DNA of 64,000 bases, taken from NCBI GenBank assembly GCA_963716255.1, contig OY970303.1, positions 7,136,001 to 7,200,000 of the forward strand. The letters are read 5' to 3'. How positions within the stretch are numbered: the first letter of the stretch is position 1; each line of letters opens with the position of its first letter. Source of the stretch: an uncultured Gemmatimonadales bacterium (lineage in GTDB: Bacteria > Gemmatimonadota > Gemmatimonadetes > Longimicrobiales > Longimicrobiaceae). The position numbers and the translations under genes were made by a program. The notes below the pieces were generated by a model. The model did not search any database, was not told the origin of the DNA, and saw only the letters and a program-made list of their open reading frames with translations. Below are positions 34,214 through 43,173 of the stretch, piece by piece.

Positions 34214-34384
34214 GTGCGCTTCGGCGGGCTCCGGTGTTCGTGGTCGGCCGGGGCAGGCTCCTCCGGCGGTGCGAAACTCGCCTACCCTCCGAGTACGGGC
34301 GGGATCACGCTGGCTTCGAACAAACGCACCGCCTGCGGACCCTTCCCCAACCTCCCTGCGCAGATCCCAGGAACGGCAACGGCC
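34214..34384. repeat. Second repeat family (~150-180 nt), copy A
   Basis: Shares CGGCGGGCTCCGGTGTTCG..GTCGGCCGGGGCAGGCTCCTCCGGCGGTGCGA and GATCACG.TGGCTTCGAACAAACGCACCGCCTGCGGACCCT...CGCAGATC with 60645-60840. Confidence 0.88.
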
Positions 34385-34398
34385 GTGTCGTCGTAGTG

Positions 34399-34430
34399 CT
34401 CCCCCTCCCCCAGAATTGGGGGAGGGGGAG
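34399..34430. repeat. REP-like hairpin
   Basis: CTCCCCCTCCCCCA-GAAT-TGGGGGAGGGGGAG, a 14-bp stem. The same core occurs at ~49376, ~49652 and ~60858. Confidence 0.85.
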
Positions 34431-34439
34431 GGGGCCCCC

Positions 34440-34589
34440 GCGGACGCCAGCGCGAGCCCCGCGTGAGGGATTTCGGCCCGAAGGGGCGAGACCGCGCGGC
34501 TGTTTGCGCGGGCTCGACTCCGTTGGGCTGCGTTGTTTGCAGCCCTACGGAGCCGAAGCCCGACCCCGGCGCCAGCCGGGGGCACGCCC
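34440..34589 (+). repeat. Structured element, copy 2 (21-nt leader + 129-nt core 34461-34589)
   Basis: GCGGACGCCAGC leader; arms GCGC-GGCTGTTT-GCGC and GGGCTGC-GTTGTTT-GCAGCCC. Confidence 0.95.
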
Positions 34590-34618
34590 AACCCCGCCGT
34601 TCAAAGCCGTTCCGAGCC

Positions 34619-35782
34619 TCAGCCGACCACGGAACGCACCGCACGCACCACGTCCTCCACGTCGTCGTCGGAAAGGAACGGGGACAGGGGAATCGACACC
34701 GTGCGCTCGCTGATCCAGGTGGCGTTGGGAAAGTCCTCCGGCCGGTAGCCGAAGTGGTCGCGGTAGAACGGGTGCAGGTGCACGCCGATGTAGTGGCAGC
34801 CCGTGCCGATGCCGCGCTCGTGCAGCGCCTGCATGAAGCCGTCGCGCGAGATCCCGCAGCGCGCCTCGTCCACCAGCAGCGTGTACAGGTGGCGCGCGTG
34901 CAGCTGGTCGGGCGGGGGCGGGGCGGGGCGGGCGACCGGGAGATCCGCGAAGGCCTGGTCGTAGCGCCGCCATACCTCCTCGCGGCGGGCCAGGCGGGCG
35001 GCGAGCTGCGGAAGCTGGTGGATGCCGAGGGCGGCCTGCAGGTCCATCATGTTGTACTTGAAGCCGGGGTACTCCACCTGGTAGTGCCGGTACCCGGCGT
35101 CGGCGAAGCGCCGCCACGCGTCGTGCGACAGGCCGTGCAGCGCGTACGTCTTGATGCGCGCCGCGAGCTCGGGGTCGTCGGTGGCGACCGCGCCGCCCTC
35201 GCCGGTGGTGAGGTTCTTGGTGACGTAGAACGAGAAGCAGGTGAGCTGCGAGATGCTTCCCACCTTGCGGCCCCGGTACGCGGCTTCGAGCGCGTGGGCC
35301 GCGTCCTCGATCACCAGCAGGCCGTGGCGCCGGGCGATGTCGCCGATGGCGTCCAGGTCGCACACCCGTCCGGCCAGGTGCACGGGGATGATGGCCCGGG
35401 TGCGCGGGGTGACCGCGTCCTCGATGCGCTGCGGGTCGATCAGCTGCGACTCCCGGTCGCAGTCCACGAGCACCGGGGTGCCCCCGGCGTGCACGATGGA
35501 GCTCACGGTGCTGGCGAAGGTCATCGGCGTGGTGACGACCTCGTCGCCGGCGCCGATCCCCGCCGCGACCATGGACAGGTGGAGCGCCGCCGTGCAGGAG
35601 TGCAGCGCCATCACGTGCTCGGCCCCCGTGTACGCCCGCAGCATCCCCTCGAACCGCTGCACCTTGGGGCCGGTGCCCAGCCAGCCGCTGCGCAGCGAAT
35701 CCGCGACCTCGGCGATCTCGTCCTCCCCGATGCGGGGCGCGCCGAAGACCAGGTAGGGCTCGCGGGGCGAGGAGGTGCTCAA
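34619..35782 (-). CDS. DegT/DnrJ/EryC1/StrS PLP-dependent sugar aminotransferase
   Basis: SCTAALHL, PVHLAG, IEDAAHA, CFSFYVTKNLTTGEGG (PLP Lys), GFKYNM. Confidence 0.95.
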   Translation of the reverse strand: MSTSSPREPYLVFGAPRIGEDEIAEVADSLRSGWLGTGPKVQRFEGMLRAYTGAEHVMALHSCTAALHLSMVAAGIGAGDEVVTTPMTFASTVSSIVHAGGTPVLVDCDRESQLIDPQRIEDAVTPRTRAIIPVHLAGRVCDLDAIGDIARRHGLLVIEDAAHALEAAYRGRKVGSISQLTCFSFYVTKNLTTGEGGAVATDDPELAARIKTYALHGLSHDAWRRFADAGYRHYQVEYPGFKYNMMDLQAALGIHQLPQLAARLARREEVWRRYDQAFADLPVARPAPPPPDQLHARHLYTLLVDEARCGISRDGFMQALHERGIGTGCHYIGVHLHPFYRDHFGYRPEDFPNATWISERTVSIPLSPFLSDDDVEDVVRAVRSVVG

Positions 35783-35910
35783 GCGTGGGCGGCGGGGCTG
35801 GAGGGGGAACGGCTGGCGGCGGCGGAGCGGGGAATCTGGCAGGATGCGGCCGGGCCGGAAAGTGGCTCCGGCCTCCGGTCGGGGGATCCGTCCCGGGGCG
35901 CGCCCCGCGC

Positions 35911-35939
35911 TTGCGGCTCCCGGGGGACGGCGCTACCAT
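35911..35939 (+). promoter_or_regulatory. Putative sigma70-type promoter for the GT4-wzm-wzt operon
   Basis: TTGCGG-N17-TACCAT, ~90 bp upstream of the GTG at 36027, in a divergent intergenic region. Confidence 0.5.
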
Positions 35940-36026
35940 TCACCCCTTCCCACCCGCGGCGAAACAGGCCCCTCCGCTGCGGACCGGGGCGACTCCCTTC
36001 CGCTCCCCTCCCGCCGAATTGTCCCC

Positions 36027-37286
36027 GTGCCGTCCGTAGTCTTCCTGAACCGGTTCTATGCACCCGACGTCGCCGCCACCGGGCAGATCCTCGCCGACCT
36101 GGCGGAAGACCTCGCGGCGCAGGGGTGGGACGCCACCGTGATCACCGGCCGGACCCGCTACGAGGGCGAGGGAGAGCCCCTGCCGCGCTCGGAGATGCGC
36201 AGGGGGGTCCGGGTGCTCCGCGTGTGGACGGCCACGCTGCGGCGGTCGCCGATGCTGGGCCGCGTCCTCGCGTGCGCCACCTTTCTGCTGAGCACCTTCC
36301 CGGCGCTGTGGCGGGTCCCCCGGGGCTCGGTCGTGGTCGCCATGACCGATCCGCCGTTCCTGCTGGTGCCGGTGCTGCTGATGGCCCGCCTCCGGGGCTT
36401 CCAGGTGGCGGCGTGGGTACAGGACGTGTACCCGCAGCTCGCGGTGGCGCTGGGCGTGCTCCGCCCGGACTCGGTGCTTTCCCGTCTCCTGCACGACGTG
36501 GCTCGGGGGACGTACCGGCGCTGCGACGTGGTGATCACGCTCGCCCCGGCGATGTCGCGGGTGATGACCGGGATGGGCGTGGCGCCGAGCCGGGTGGTGC
36601 ACGTGCACAACTGGGCGGACGCCGGCTCCATCCGCCCTCTCCCGCTGGCCCAGAACCCGTTCGTCCGCGAGCACGGCCTGGCGTCGCGCTTCGTGGTGCT
36701 GTACTCGGGGACCGCGGGGCGCGCCCACACCTTCGACGCCGTGGTCGCGGCGGCCCGCGAACTGAGCTCCGACCCGGAGATCCTCTTCCTGTTCGTGGGC
36801 GGCGGCGCGCAGATGCCGGGGCTGCGCAGGGAGGTGGAGCGCTGCGGGGCGTCCCACGCGGTGCGCTTCCTCCCGTACCAGCCGCGCGAGGCGCTGGCGG
36901 CGAGCATGTCCTCCGGCGACGTGGCGCTGGTCACGGAGAAGCCCTCCACCGCGGGGCTGCTCCTCCCCAGCAAGACCTACGGGGCGATGGCCAGCGGGCG
37001 GCCCATCCTGTACGTGGGCTCGGAGGACAGCGACGTGGCGAAGCTGGTGTGGGAGCACGAGTGCGGGATCGTGGTGCGGCACGACGACCCGGCGGGGATC
37101 GTCCGCGCGGTGCGGACGCTCAAGGCGGACCCGGAGCTGCGGGAGCGGATGGGCCGGGCGGGGCGGACGGCCGCCGAGGTGCTGTACGACCGACGCCACG
37201 CGACGCGGCGCTACGGCGCCGTCCTGGACCGGCTTGCGGTGGGCTCCGCCCCCGCGGCGCAGGAGTACCTGGCGGAGGGCGTGTGA
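36027..37286 (+). CDS. GT4 glycosyltransferase (WcaI/WbuB-like)
   Basis: FLNRFYAPDVAATGQ, WVQDVYP, HNWAD, LPSKTYGAMASGRPI. Start re-called at GTG. Confidence 0.9.
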   Translation: MPSVVFLNRFYAPDVAATGQILADLAEDLAAQGWDATVITGRTRYEGEGEPLPRSEMRRGVRVLRVWTATLRRSPMLGRVLACATFLLSTFPALWRVPRGSVVVAMTDPPFLLVPVLLMARLRGFQVAAWVQDVYPQLAVALGVLRPDSVLSRLLHDVARGTYRRCDVVITLAPAMSRVMTGMGVAPSRVVHVHNWADAGSIRPLPLAQNPFVREHGLASRFVVLYSGTAGRAHTFDAVVAAARELSSDPEILFLFVGGGAQMPGLRREVERCGASHAVRFLPYQPREALAASMSSGDVALVTEKPSTAGLLLPSKTYGAMASGRPILYVGSEDSDVAKLVWEHECGIVVRHDDPAGIVRAVRTLKADPELRERMGRAGRTAAEVLYDRRHATRRYGAVLDRLAVGSAPAAQEYLAEGV

Positions 37287-38152
37287 GCGCGGCCGCGGCC
37301 GCCGGGCTCGCCGCGCCGGGTCCGCGGGAGGAGCACCGGCTGCGCATCGAGCCGGCGTCCGGCTGGCCGGGGTTCGGCGCGCGCGAGCTGTGGGCGTACC
37401 GGGACCTGTGGCGCCTGCTGGTGTGGCGCGACCTGCGGGTGCGCTACGCGCAGACGGCGCTGGGTGCGGCGTGGGCGGTGCTCCCGCCGGTGCTCACCAC
37501 CCTCCTGTTCACGGTGGTGTTCGGGCGGTTCGTCCGGGTGCCGTCGGACGGGGCACCGTACGCGGTGTTCGCCATGGCGGGGCTGGTGCCGTGGACGTAC
37601 TTCTCCGGGGCCTTTTCCGCCGCGGGGGCGAGCACCGTGTCCAGCGCCCACCTGTTCACCAAGGTGTACTTTCCGCGGCTGGTGATCCCGCTGGCCCCGG
37701 TGGTGGGGACCGGGGTGGACTTCGGCGTCTCGCTCGTGCTCCTGCTGGGGCTGATGATGGCGTCGGGGATCCGCCCGCTCCCCGTGGCCCTCGTCGCCGT
37801 CCCCCTGCTGTTCGTGCTGATGATGGTTGCCGCGGCGGGGGTGGGGTGCTGGCTCGCCGCCCTCAACGTCCGCTTCCGCGACGTCAAGCACCTGACGCCG
37901 CTGCTGGTGCAGCTGTGGATGTACGCGTCGCCGGTGGCGTACCCGCTGTCGGTGGTCCCGGAGCGCTGGCGCGCCGTGTACGCGCTGAACCCCATGGTGG
38001 GGGTGGTGGAGGGCTTCCGGACGGTGCTGCTGGGCACCGGCACGCTCACCCCCGGGCTGCTGGCCGCTTCCGCCGCCGTCTCCGTGCTGCTGCTGGTGAC
38101 GGGAGCCGCGTACTTCCGCGCCACCGAAGACCGCTTCGCCGACTTCGCCTGA
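37283..38152 (+). CDS. wzm: ABC-2 polysaccharide export permease
   Basis: ELWAYRDL, RYAQTALGAAW, KVYFPR, FRDV, LNPM, FAD; six hydrophobic segments. Confidence 0.9.
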   Translation: MSAAAAAGLAAPGPREEHRLRIEPASGWPGFGARELWAYRDLWRLLVWRDLRVRYAQTALGAAWAVLPPVLTTLLFTVVFGRFVRVPSDGAPYAVFAMAGLVPWTYFSGAFSAAGASTVSSAHLFTKVYFPRLVIPLAPVVGTGVDFGVSLVLLLGLMMASGIRPLPVALVAVPLLFVLMMVAAAGVGCWLAALNVRFRDVKHLTPLLVQLWMYASPVAYPLSVVPERWRAVYALNPMVGVVEGFRTVLLGTGTLTPGLLAASAAVSVLLLVTGAAYFRATEDRFADFA

Positions 38153-38154
38153 CC

Positions 38155-39432
38155 GTGTCCCAGTTCGCAGTCCGCGTCGAGAACCTGGGGAAGCGCTACC
38201 GCATCGGGGCCGCCGCGCGCGGCGCCGGGACGCTGCGCGACGCCATCGTCCACGCCGCAGGGGCGCCGCTGCGCGGGCTGCGCGCCCTTGCCCCGGGCGG
38301 CGGCGAGGCGCCGGCCGATTCGGTGTGGGCGCTGCGCCACCTGTCGCTGGAGGTGAGGCACGGGCAGGCGATGGCCATCGTGGGGCGCAACGGGGCGGGG
38401 AAGAGCACCCTCCTCAAGATCCTGTCGCGCATCACCCGCCCCACCGAGGGGTGGGCCGACGTCCACGGCCGCGTGGGCGCGCTGCTGGAGGTGGGGACGG
38501 GGTTCCACCCGGAGCTGACGGGGCGCGAGAACGTGTTCCTGAGCGGGTCCATGCTGGGGATGCGGCGCGACTACATCGCCCGGCGCTTCGACGAGATCGT
38601 GGACTTCGCGGGGGTGGAGCGCTTCCTGGACACCCCGGTGAAGCGCTATTCCAGCGGGATGTACCTGCGGCTCGCCTTCGCGGTGGCGGCGCACCTGGAG
38701 CCGGAGATCCTCATCGTGGACGAGGTGCTCGCCGTGGGCGACGCCGAGTTCCAGCGCAGGTGCCTGGGCAAGATGGACCAGGTGGAGCGCGAGGGGCGCA
38801 CGGTGCTCTTCGTGTCCCACAACATGGCGGCCGTGTCCCGGCTCTGCGACGAGGCGGTGCTCCTGGAGCGGGGCACCGCCACGCTGCGCGGGCCGGCCGG
38901 CGCCGTGGTGGCCCACTACCTGGCGGCCGGGAGCCGCGGGGCGAGCCAGTTCGCCGCCCCCGACACGCCGGACGCCCCGGGGAACGGCGACTTCCGCCTC
39001 CTGGGGGTGAGCGTGGCCGACGCGGCGGGCGGCGCGGCTGGCACCTTCGACGTGCGCGCCCCCATCCACGTGGGGATCGAGTACCGGCTGCTCCACCCGG
39101 TCCGCGGGCTGCGCGTGGGGTTCCGCCTGCTGGCGGCGGACGGCACGGTGGTGCTGAGCACCACCGACCTGGACGCGGGCGAGCCGCGCGGCCGGGAGCG
39201 CGGCGTGTACGTGAGCCGGTGCGAGATCCCGGGCGGCTTTCTGAACGCGGGCGGGTACAGCATCTCGCTGGGGGTTGACGTCCCCATGGTGGAGTCGGTG
39301 GTGTTCATGGACAGCGTGGTCTCGTTCACCGTCGAGAACACGGGCGGGGCCGCCGGCACGGTGCCGGACGGCCGGCTGGGGGTGGTGTGCCCCCTCCTCC
39401 CCTGGGCGGTGGACACCCTGGCGGCGGTGTGA
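38155..39432 (+). CDS. wzt: Polysaccharide ABC transporter ATPase with C-terminal Wzt_C-type domain
   Basis: Walker A GRNGAGKST, GFHPELTGREN, signature YSSGM, ILIVDEVLAVGD, VSH, and a beta-rich C-terminal extension. Confidence 0.93.
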   Translation: MSQFAVRVENLGKRYRIGAAARGAGTLRDAIVHAAGAPLRGLRALAPGGGEAPADSVWALRHLSLEVRHGQAMAIVGRNGAGKSTLLKILSRITRPTEGWADVHGRVGALLEVGTGFHPELTGRENVFLSGSMLGMRRDYIARRFDEIVDFAGVERFLDTPVKRYSSGMYLRLAFAVAAHLEPEILIVDEVLAVGDAEFQRRCLGKMDQVEREGRTVLFVSHNMAAVSRLCDEAVLLERGTATLRGPAGAVVAHYLAAGSRGASQFAAPDTPDAPGNGDFRLLGVSVADAAGGAAGTFDVRAPIHVGIEYRLLHPVRGLRVGFRLLAADGTVVLSTTDLDAGEPRGRERGVYVSRCEIPGGFLNAGGYSISLGVDVPMVESVVFMDSVVSFTVENTGGAAGTVPDGRLGVVCPLLPWAVDTLAAV

Positions 39433-40250
39433 GCGGCGTGACCGCGCCCGCGCCCTCCTGCCCCGCGTGCGGCGCCGCGGAATCGGTCCCGGGCGAGCCG
39501 CTGGACGGGGGCGCCGCGTACCTGCGCTGCGCCGGGTGCGGCGTCGAGCGGGTGGATCCGCTCCCGCCCGGCGTCCCCGTGTTCGTGGACTTCACCGACG
39601 CGGGCGAGGCCATGTTCGCCGAGCTGCGCGCGGGCGCTTCCCTGGCGGACGCGCTGACGCCCAACGAGCGGCTGGTGCTCGCCGCGCTGCGGCGCGCGGT
39701 GAAGCCCGGGGCCGCGGTGCTGGAGCTGTGCTGCGAGTCGGGGCGCTTCCTGGCGGCGCTGCGCGCGGAGGGGTTCCGCCCGCTGGGGATGGACCCGCTC
39801 CCGCGCCCGGCGCCCATGCTGCGCGCCCATGGGCTGGACGCCGCCGTGGGCGGCCCGGGCGACGTCCCGGCGGAGTGGCCGGAGCCGGAGGCGGTGGTGC
39901 TGCTGGAAAGCCTGGTACGGTTCCCCGACCCGGTGGCGCTGCTCGCGGAGGTGCGGGCGCGCTTCCCGCGCGCCGCGCTGCACGTGGCGGTGTCCAGCCC
40001 CCGGCAGTCGCTCAAGCTCCCCGAGTTCGACCGGCGCCACGCCTATCCGCCCCACCACCTGACGCGCTGGACCGAGCGGGGGCTGGCCCGCGCGCTGGAG
40101 CGCGCGGGGTACGCCGCCCGCGCCCGCACCACCCGCGCGTGGATCGACTGGCCGGCCCGCCGCGGCGCGTTCGGGAACACGCTGGCGGTGGCGCTCCGCC
40201 TGGCGGGGGAGGCGGAGTACTCGTTCATCGCCGTGGGCACGCCGCGGTGA
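39429..40250 (+). CDS. Methyltransferase-like protein with CxxC-CxxC ribbon and degenerate motif I
   Basis: CPACG...CAGCG, VLELCCESGRF, YPPHHLTRW; coupled GTGA overlaps at both ends. Confidence 0.7.
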   Translation: MSGVTAPAPSCPACGAAESVPGEPLDGGAAYLRCAGCGVERVDPLPPGVPVFVDFTDAGEAMFAELRAGASLADALTPNERLVLAALRRAVKPGAAVLELCCESGRFLAALRAEGFRPLGMDPLPRPAPMLRAHGLDAAVGGPGDVPAEWPEPEAVVLLESLVRFPDPVALLAEVRARFPRAALHVAVSSPRQSLKLPEFDRRHAYPPHHLTRWTERGLARALERAGYAARARTTRAWIDWPARRGAFGNTLAVALRLAGEAEYSFIAVGTPR

Positions 40251-41643
40251 GCGCCGCGGCGACGGACTGGGTGGGGCGCCTCCTGGGGCTGGGGCGCAGC
40301 GTGGTCCCGGCACCGGCAAAGGAGTGGCTGCGCCGCGCGTACCGGGTCCTCCCCGATTCGTGGCGGCACTCCCCGGAATTCCGCGCGCTGGCGCGCGAGC
40401 TGCGCGCCGCCGAGGGGTGGAGCGCCGACCGGCTCGCGGCGCTCCAGCTGGAGCGCCTTCGCGGGGCGGTGCGCCGCGCGGAGGCGCACGTCCCCGCCCA
40501 CCGGGAGCGCTTCGCCGCGGCGGGGGTGGGAGCGCACTCGCTGCGCTCGCTGGACGACCTGGCCCGCTTCCCGTTCCTCCACAAGGACGATCTGCGCGCT
40601 CCGGGCGCGGACTTCCTGGCGCGCGACCTGGCGCCGGAGCGGCTGGAGCGCGTCGCCTCGGGGGGACCACCGGCGTCCCGGTGACCTTCCACCACGTGGC
40701 GGGGGAGCACCAGGACGTCGCGCGCGCCTTCCAGCTCGCCCTGTGGGGGCGCGTCGGCTTCGCGCCCGGGGCCCGCGTGCTGGACCTCACCGCGTCGTTC
40801 GGCGCGCCGTTCGGGTACGCGGACGCGCGGCACCTGCGCGTCGCCATCCCCTGGCTGGATGCGGCGGGGGCGGCGGAGTGGCTGAGCGAGGTGAAGCGCT
40901 TCCGCCCCGCGTTCGTCCTGGGCCTCCCGTCCACCGTCGCCGCGTTCGTGCAGGCGCTGGAGGACGCGGGGGCGAGCCTCCCGGTGCGCGGCGTGGTGGT
41001 GGGCTCGGAGGTGCTGCACCCCTGGCAGCGGGAGCGCATCGGGGCGGCGCTGGGGTGCCGGGTGCTGGCCTGGTACGGGATGTCCGAGGGCGCCGGGTAC
41101 GCCGCCGGGTGCGAGCGCTCGGACGCGTACCACTTCCACCCGCTGGCCGGGGTGATGGAGCTGGTGGACGACGCCGGGCGGCCCGTGGCGGAGCCGGGCG
41201 CCGAGGGCGAGATCGTGCTGACGGGCTTCTTCACCCGCGCCACCCCGTTCATCCGCTTCCGCACCGGCGACCGCGGCGTGTGGGGCGGCGCCGGGTGCCC
41301 GGAGTGCGGGCGCGCCCACCCCGTTCTGCGCGCCATCCACGGCCGCACGCAGGAGTTCCTGGTGGCGGCCGACGGGCGGCGGGTGCCGCACTCGGCGCTC
41401 AACGTCCACGCGGCGGTCTTCGGGGGGATCCACGGCTACCAGCTGGCGCAGGCGCGCCCGGGCGAGGTGGAGCTGCGCTGGGTGGGCGCGCCGGGGAGCG
41501 GCGACGATGCCTGCGCCGCGCTGCTGGGGCGCCTGGAGATCCAGCTGGGCGCGGGGTTCCGTCTGGCGGCCCGCCGTGTCGATGCGATCCCGCGCACGGC
41601 GCGCGGCAAGCACGTGTTCGTGGTCCGCGGCTTCGGGGAGTGA
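40247..41643 (+). pseudogene. CapK/phenylacetate-CoA-ligase-like adenylating enzyme split by a 1-nt frameshift in a G run
   Basis: The N-terminal frame (FPFLHKDDLR...RVASG) changes frame at the G6 run 40660-40665 into GGTTGVPVTF...WYGMSE...PFIRFRTGD...GRTQE...RTARGKH. Confidence 0.85.
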
Positions 41644-41681
41644 GAGCGGATGCGGTCGGAGCGGGGTGAAGGGAAGGGTTC

Positions 41682-41831
41682 GGGCGTGCCCCCGGCTGGC
41701 GCCGGGGTCGGGCTTCGGCTCCGTAACGCACGAAACAACCGTGCGTAACGGAGTCGAGCCCCGGCAAACTGCCGCCGGGTCTCGCCCCTTCGGGCCGAAA
41801 TCCCTCACGCGGGTTTTGTGCTGGCGTCCGC
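41682..41831 (-). repeat. Structured element, copy 3 (core 41682-41810)
   Basis: The reverse complement has arms CGGC-GGCAGTTT-GCCG and ACGCACG-GTTGTTT-CGTGCGT. Confidence 0.95.
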
Positions 41832-41840
41832 GAGACCGGG

Positions 41841-41890
41841 CCCCCTCACCCCCCGGCCCCCTCTCCCCCGCAAGCGGGGGAAAGGGGGAG
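41841..41890. repeat. REP-like element CCCCTCACCCCCCGGCCCCCTCTCCCCCGCAAGCGGGGGAAAGGGGG
   Basis: Near-identical to 49131-49180; related to 42964-43001 and, inverted, to 43125-43168. Confidence 0.85.
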
Positions 41891-41963
41891 AACTGCACGG
41901 CATCCTTGCCTTCGGCGCTCTGATGATGGAGCCTGATCTACACGGAATTCGCATGAGAGCGGG

Positions 41964-42956
41964 ATGAAGGCGTTCGTGACGGGCGGGACGGGGTTCGTGG
42001 GGACCCCTTTCGTGCGGCGGCTGGTGGCCGACGGGTGGGACGTGGCGCTGCTGTCGCGACGCGCCCTGGCGGAGCCGCGCGCGGACGGCGTGCGCGTGTA
42101 CCGGGGGGAGCTCGCGGACCCCGCGGCGCTGCGCCGCGTGGCCGAGCGCGAGGAGCGCTTCGACGTGGTGTTCCACCTGGGCGCGTCGATCGCCTACTTC
42201 GGGCGGGACGAGGAGCTGGCGCGCGCCAACGTGGAAGGGACGCGGAACGCCCTGGAGCTGGCCCGCCGCACGGGCGCCGGACGCTTCGTGTACGCCAGCA
42301 GCATCGAGGCGGTGGGCACGGTGGACCGCGTCCCGGCGCCGGCCGACACCCCCTGCCGCCCCGTGAGCCCGTACGGCCGCAGCAAGGTGCTCGCCGAGGC
42401 GCTGGTGCGCCGCGAGTCCGAGGGCAACTTCGGCCACGCGATACTCCGCATCGGCAACGTGTACGCGTCGGACCACTCCAGCTTCGTGGTGGAGGTGGCC
42501 GAGGCGATCCTCCAGCGGAACCGCCTGCTGGAGTTCCTTCCCAGCTACGCCGAGCACTGCATTCACCCCGTGCACACCCTGGACGTCACCGAGGGGCTGC
42601 TCGCCGCCGCCCGCGCCGCGACCCCCGCCGCCACCGCGACGCTGGCCGGCGAGTGGGCGAGCATGGGCGAGCTGTTCGCGATCTGCGGCGCGGAGCTGGG
42701 CCGCATCGTCCCGCCGCGCCGGGCGGGGCGCGGCGACGCCCTGTACCTGCGGGTGCGGGCGCGCTACCACCGGCGCAGGCGGCAGATGGACCTGATCACC
42801 TACCTGATGACGGGGACCGGCCGCCGGGTGCACCGGGCGTACGACCTGGAGCCCGCCCGCGCGGCGTTCGGCTTCGTGCCGCGCGTGACGCTGCGCCAGG
42901 GGGTGGCCGAGGCGCTGGCCTGGGCCCGCCGCGCCGGCGTGCTGGAGGCCGCGTGA
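41964..42956 (+). CDS. NAD-dependent epimerase/dehydratase (extended SDR)
   Basis: FVTGGTGFVG, NVEGTRN, YASS, YGRSK. Confidence 0.92.
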   Translation: MKAFVTGGTGFVGTPFVRRLVADGWDVALLSRRALAEPRADGVRVYRGELADPAALRRVAEREERFDVVFHLGASIAYFGRDEELARANVEGTRNALELARRTGAGRFVYASSIEAVGTVDRVPAPADTPCRPVSPYGRSKVLAEALVRRESEGNFGHAILRIGNVYASDHSSFVVEVAEAILQRNRLLEFLPSYAEHCIHPVHTLDVTEGLLAAARAATPAATATLAGEWASMGELFAICGAELGRIVPPRRAGRGDALYLRVRARYHRRRRQMDLITYLMTGTGRRVHRAYDLEPARAAFGFVPRVTLRQGVAEALAWARRAGVLEAA

Positions 42957-42963
42957 AACGGCA

Positions 42964-43168
42964 CCCCTCACCCCCCGGCCCCTCCCCGCAAGGGGGAGGG
43001 GAAAACGGCAACAACGGCCCTCACCCGGCTCGCTTTAGGCTCGCCACCCGGGTCCTTCATCCGGTTCACACGAAGCGTGAAGCGCCATTCTGGGAGTGGG
43101 GGCAACTGCGGGGTCGGTGCTGTGCTCCCCCTCTCCCGCTTGCGGGGGAGGGGGCCGGGGGGAGGGGG
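42964..43168. repeat. Inverted pair of REP-like hairpins enclosing GCGAG and GAAGCGTG modules (REPIN/BIME-like)
   Basis: Left end CCCTCACCCCCCGGCCCCTCCCCGCAAGGGGGAGGGG; right end CCCCCTCTCCCGCTTGCGGGGGAGGGGGCCGGGGGGAGGGGG. Confidence 0.8.
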
Positions 43169-43173
43169 CCCCT

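Noticed and set aside
34399..34430. Rho-independent terminator calls for the C/G-rich hairpins
   Set aside because: No convincing U-tract on either side; better explained as REP-like repeats.
34461..34589. tRNA, group II intron domain V, or riboswitch identity for the element
   Set aside because: No TTCRA T-loop or 7-bp acceptor stem, no AGC-triad DV hairpin, and orientation is inconsistent with a 5' UTR regulator.
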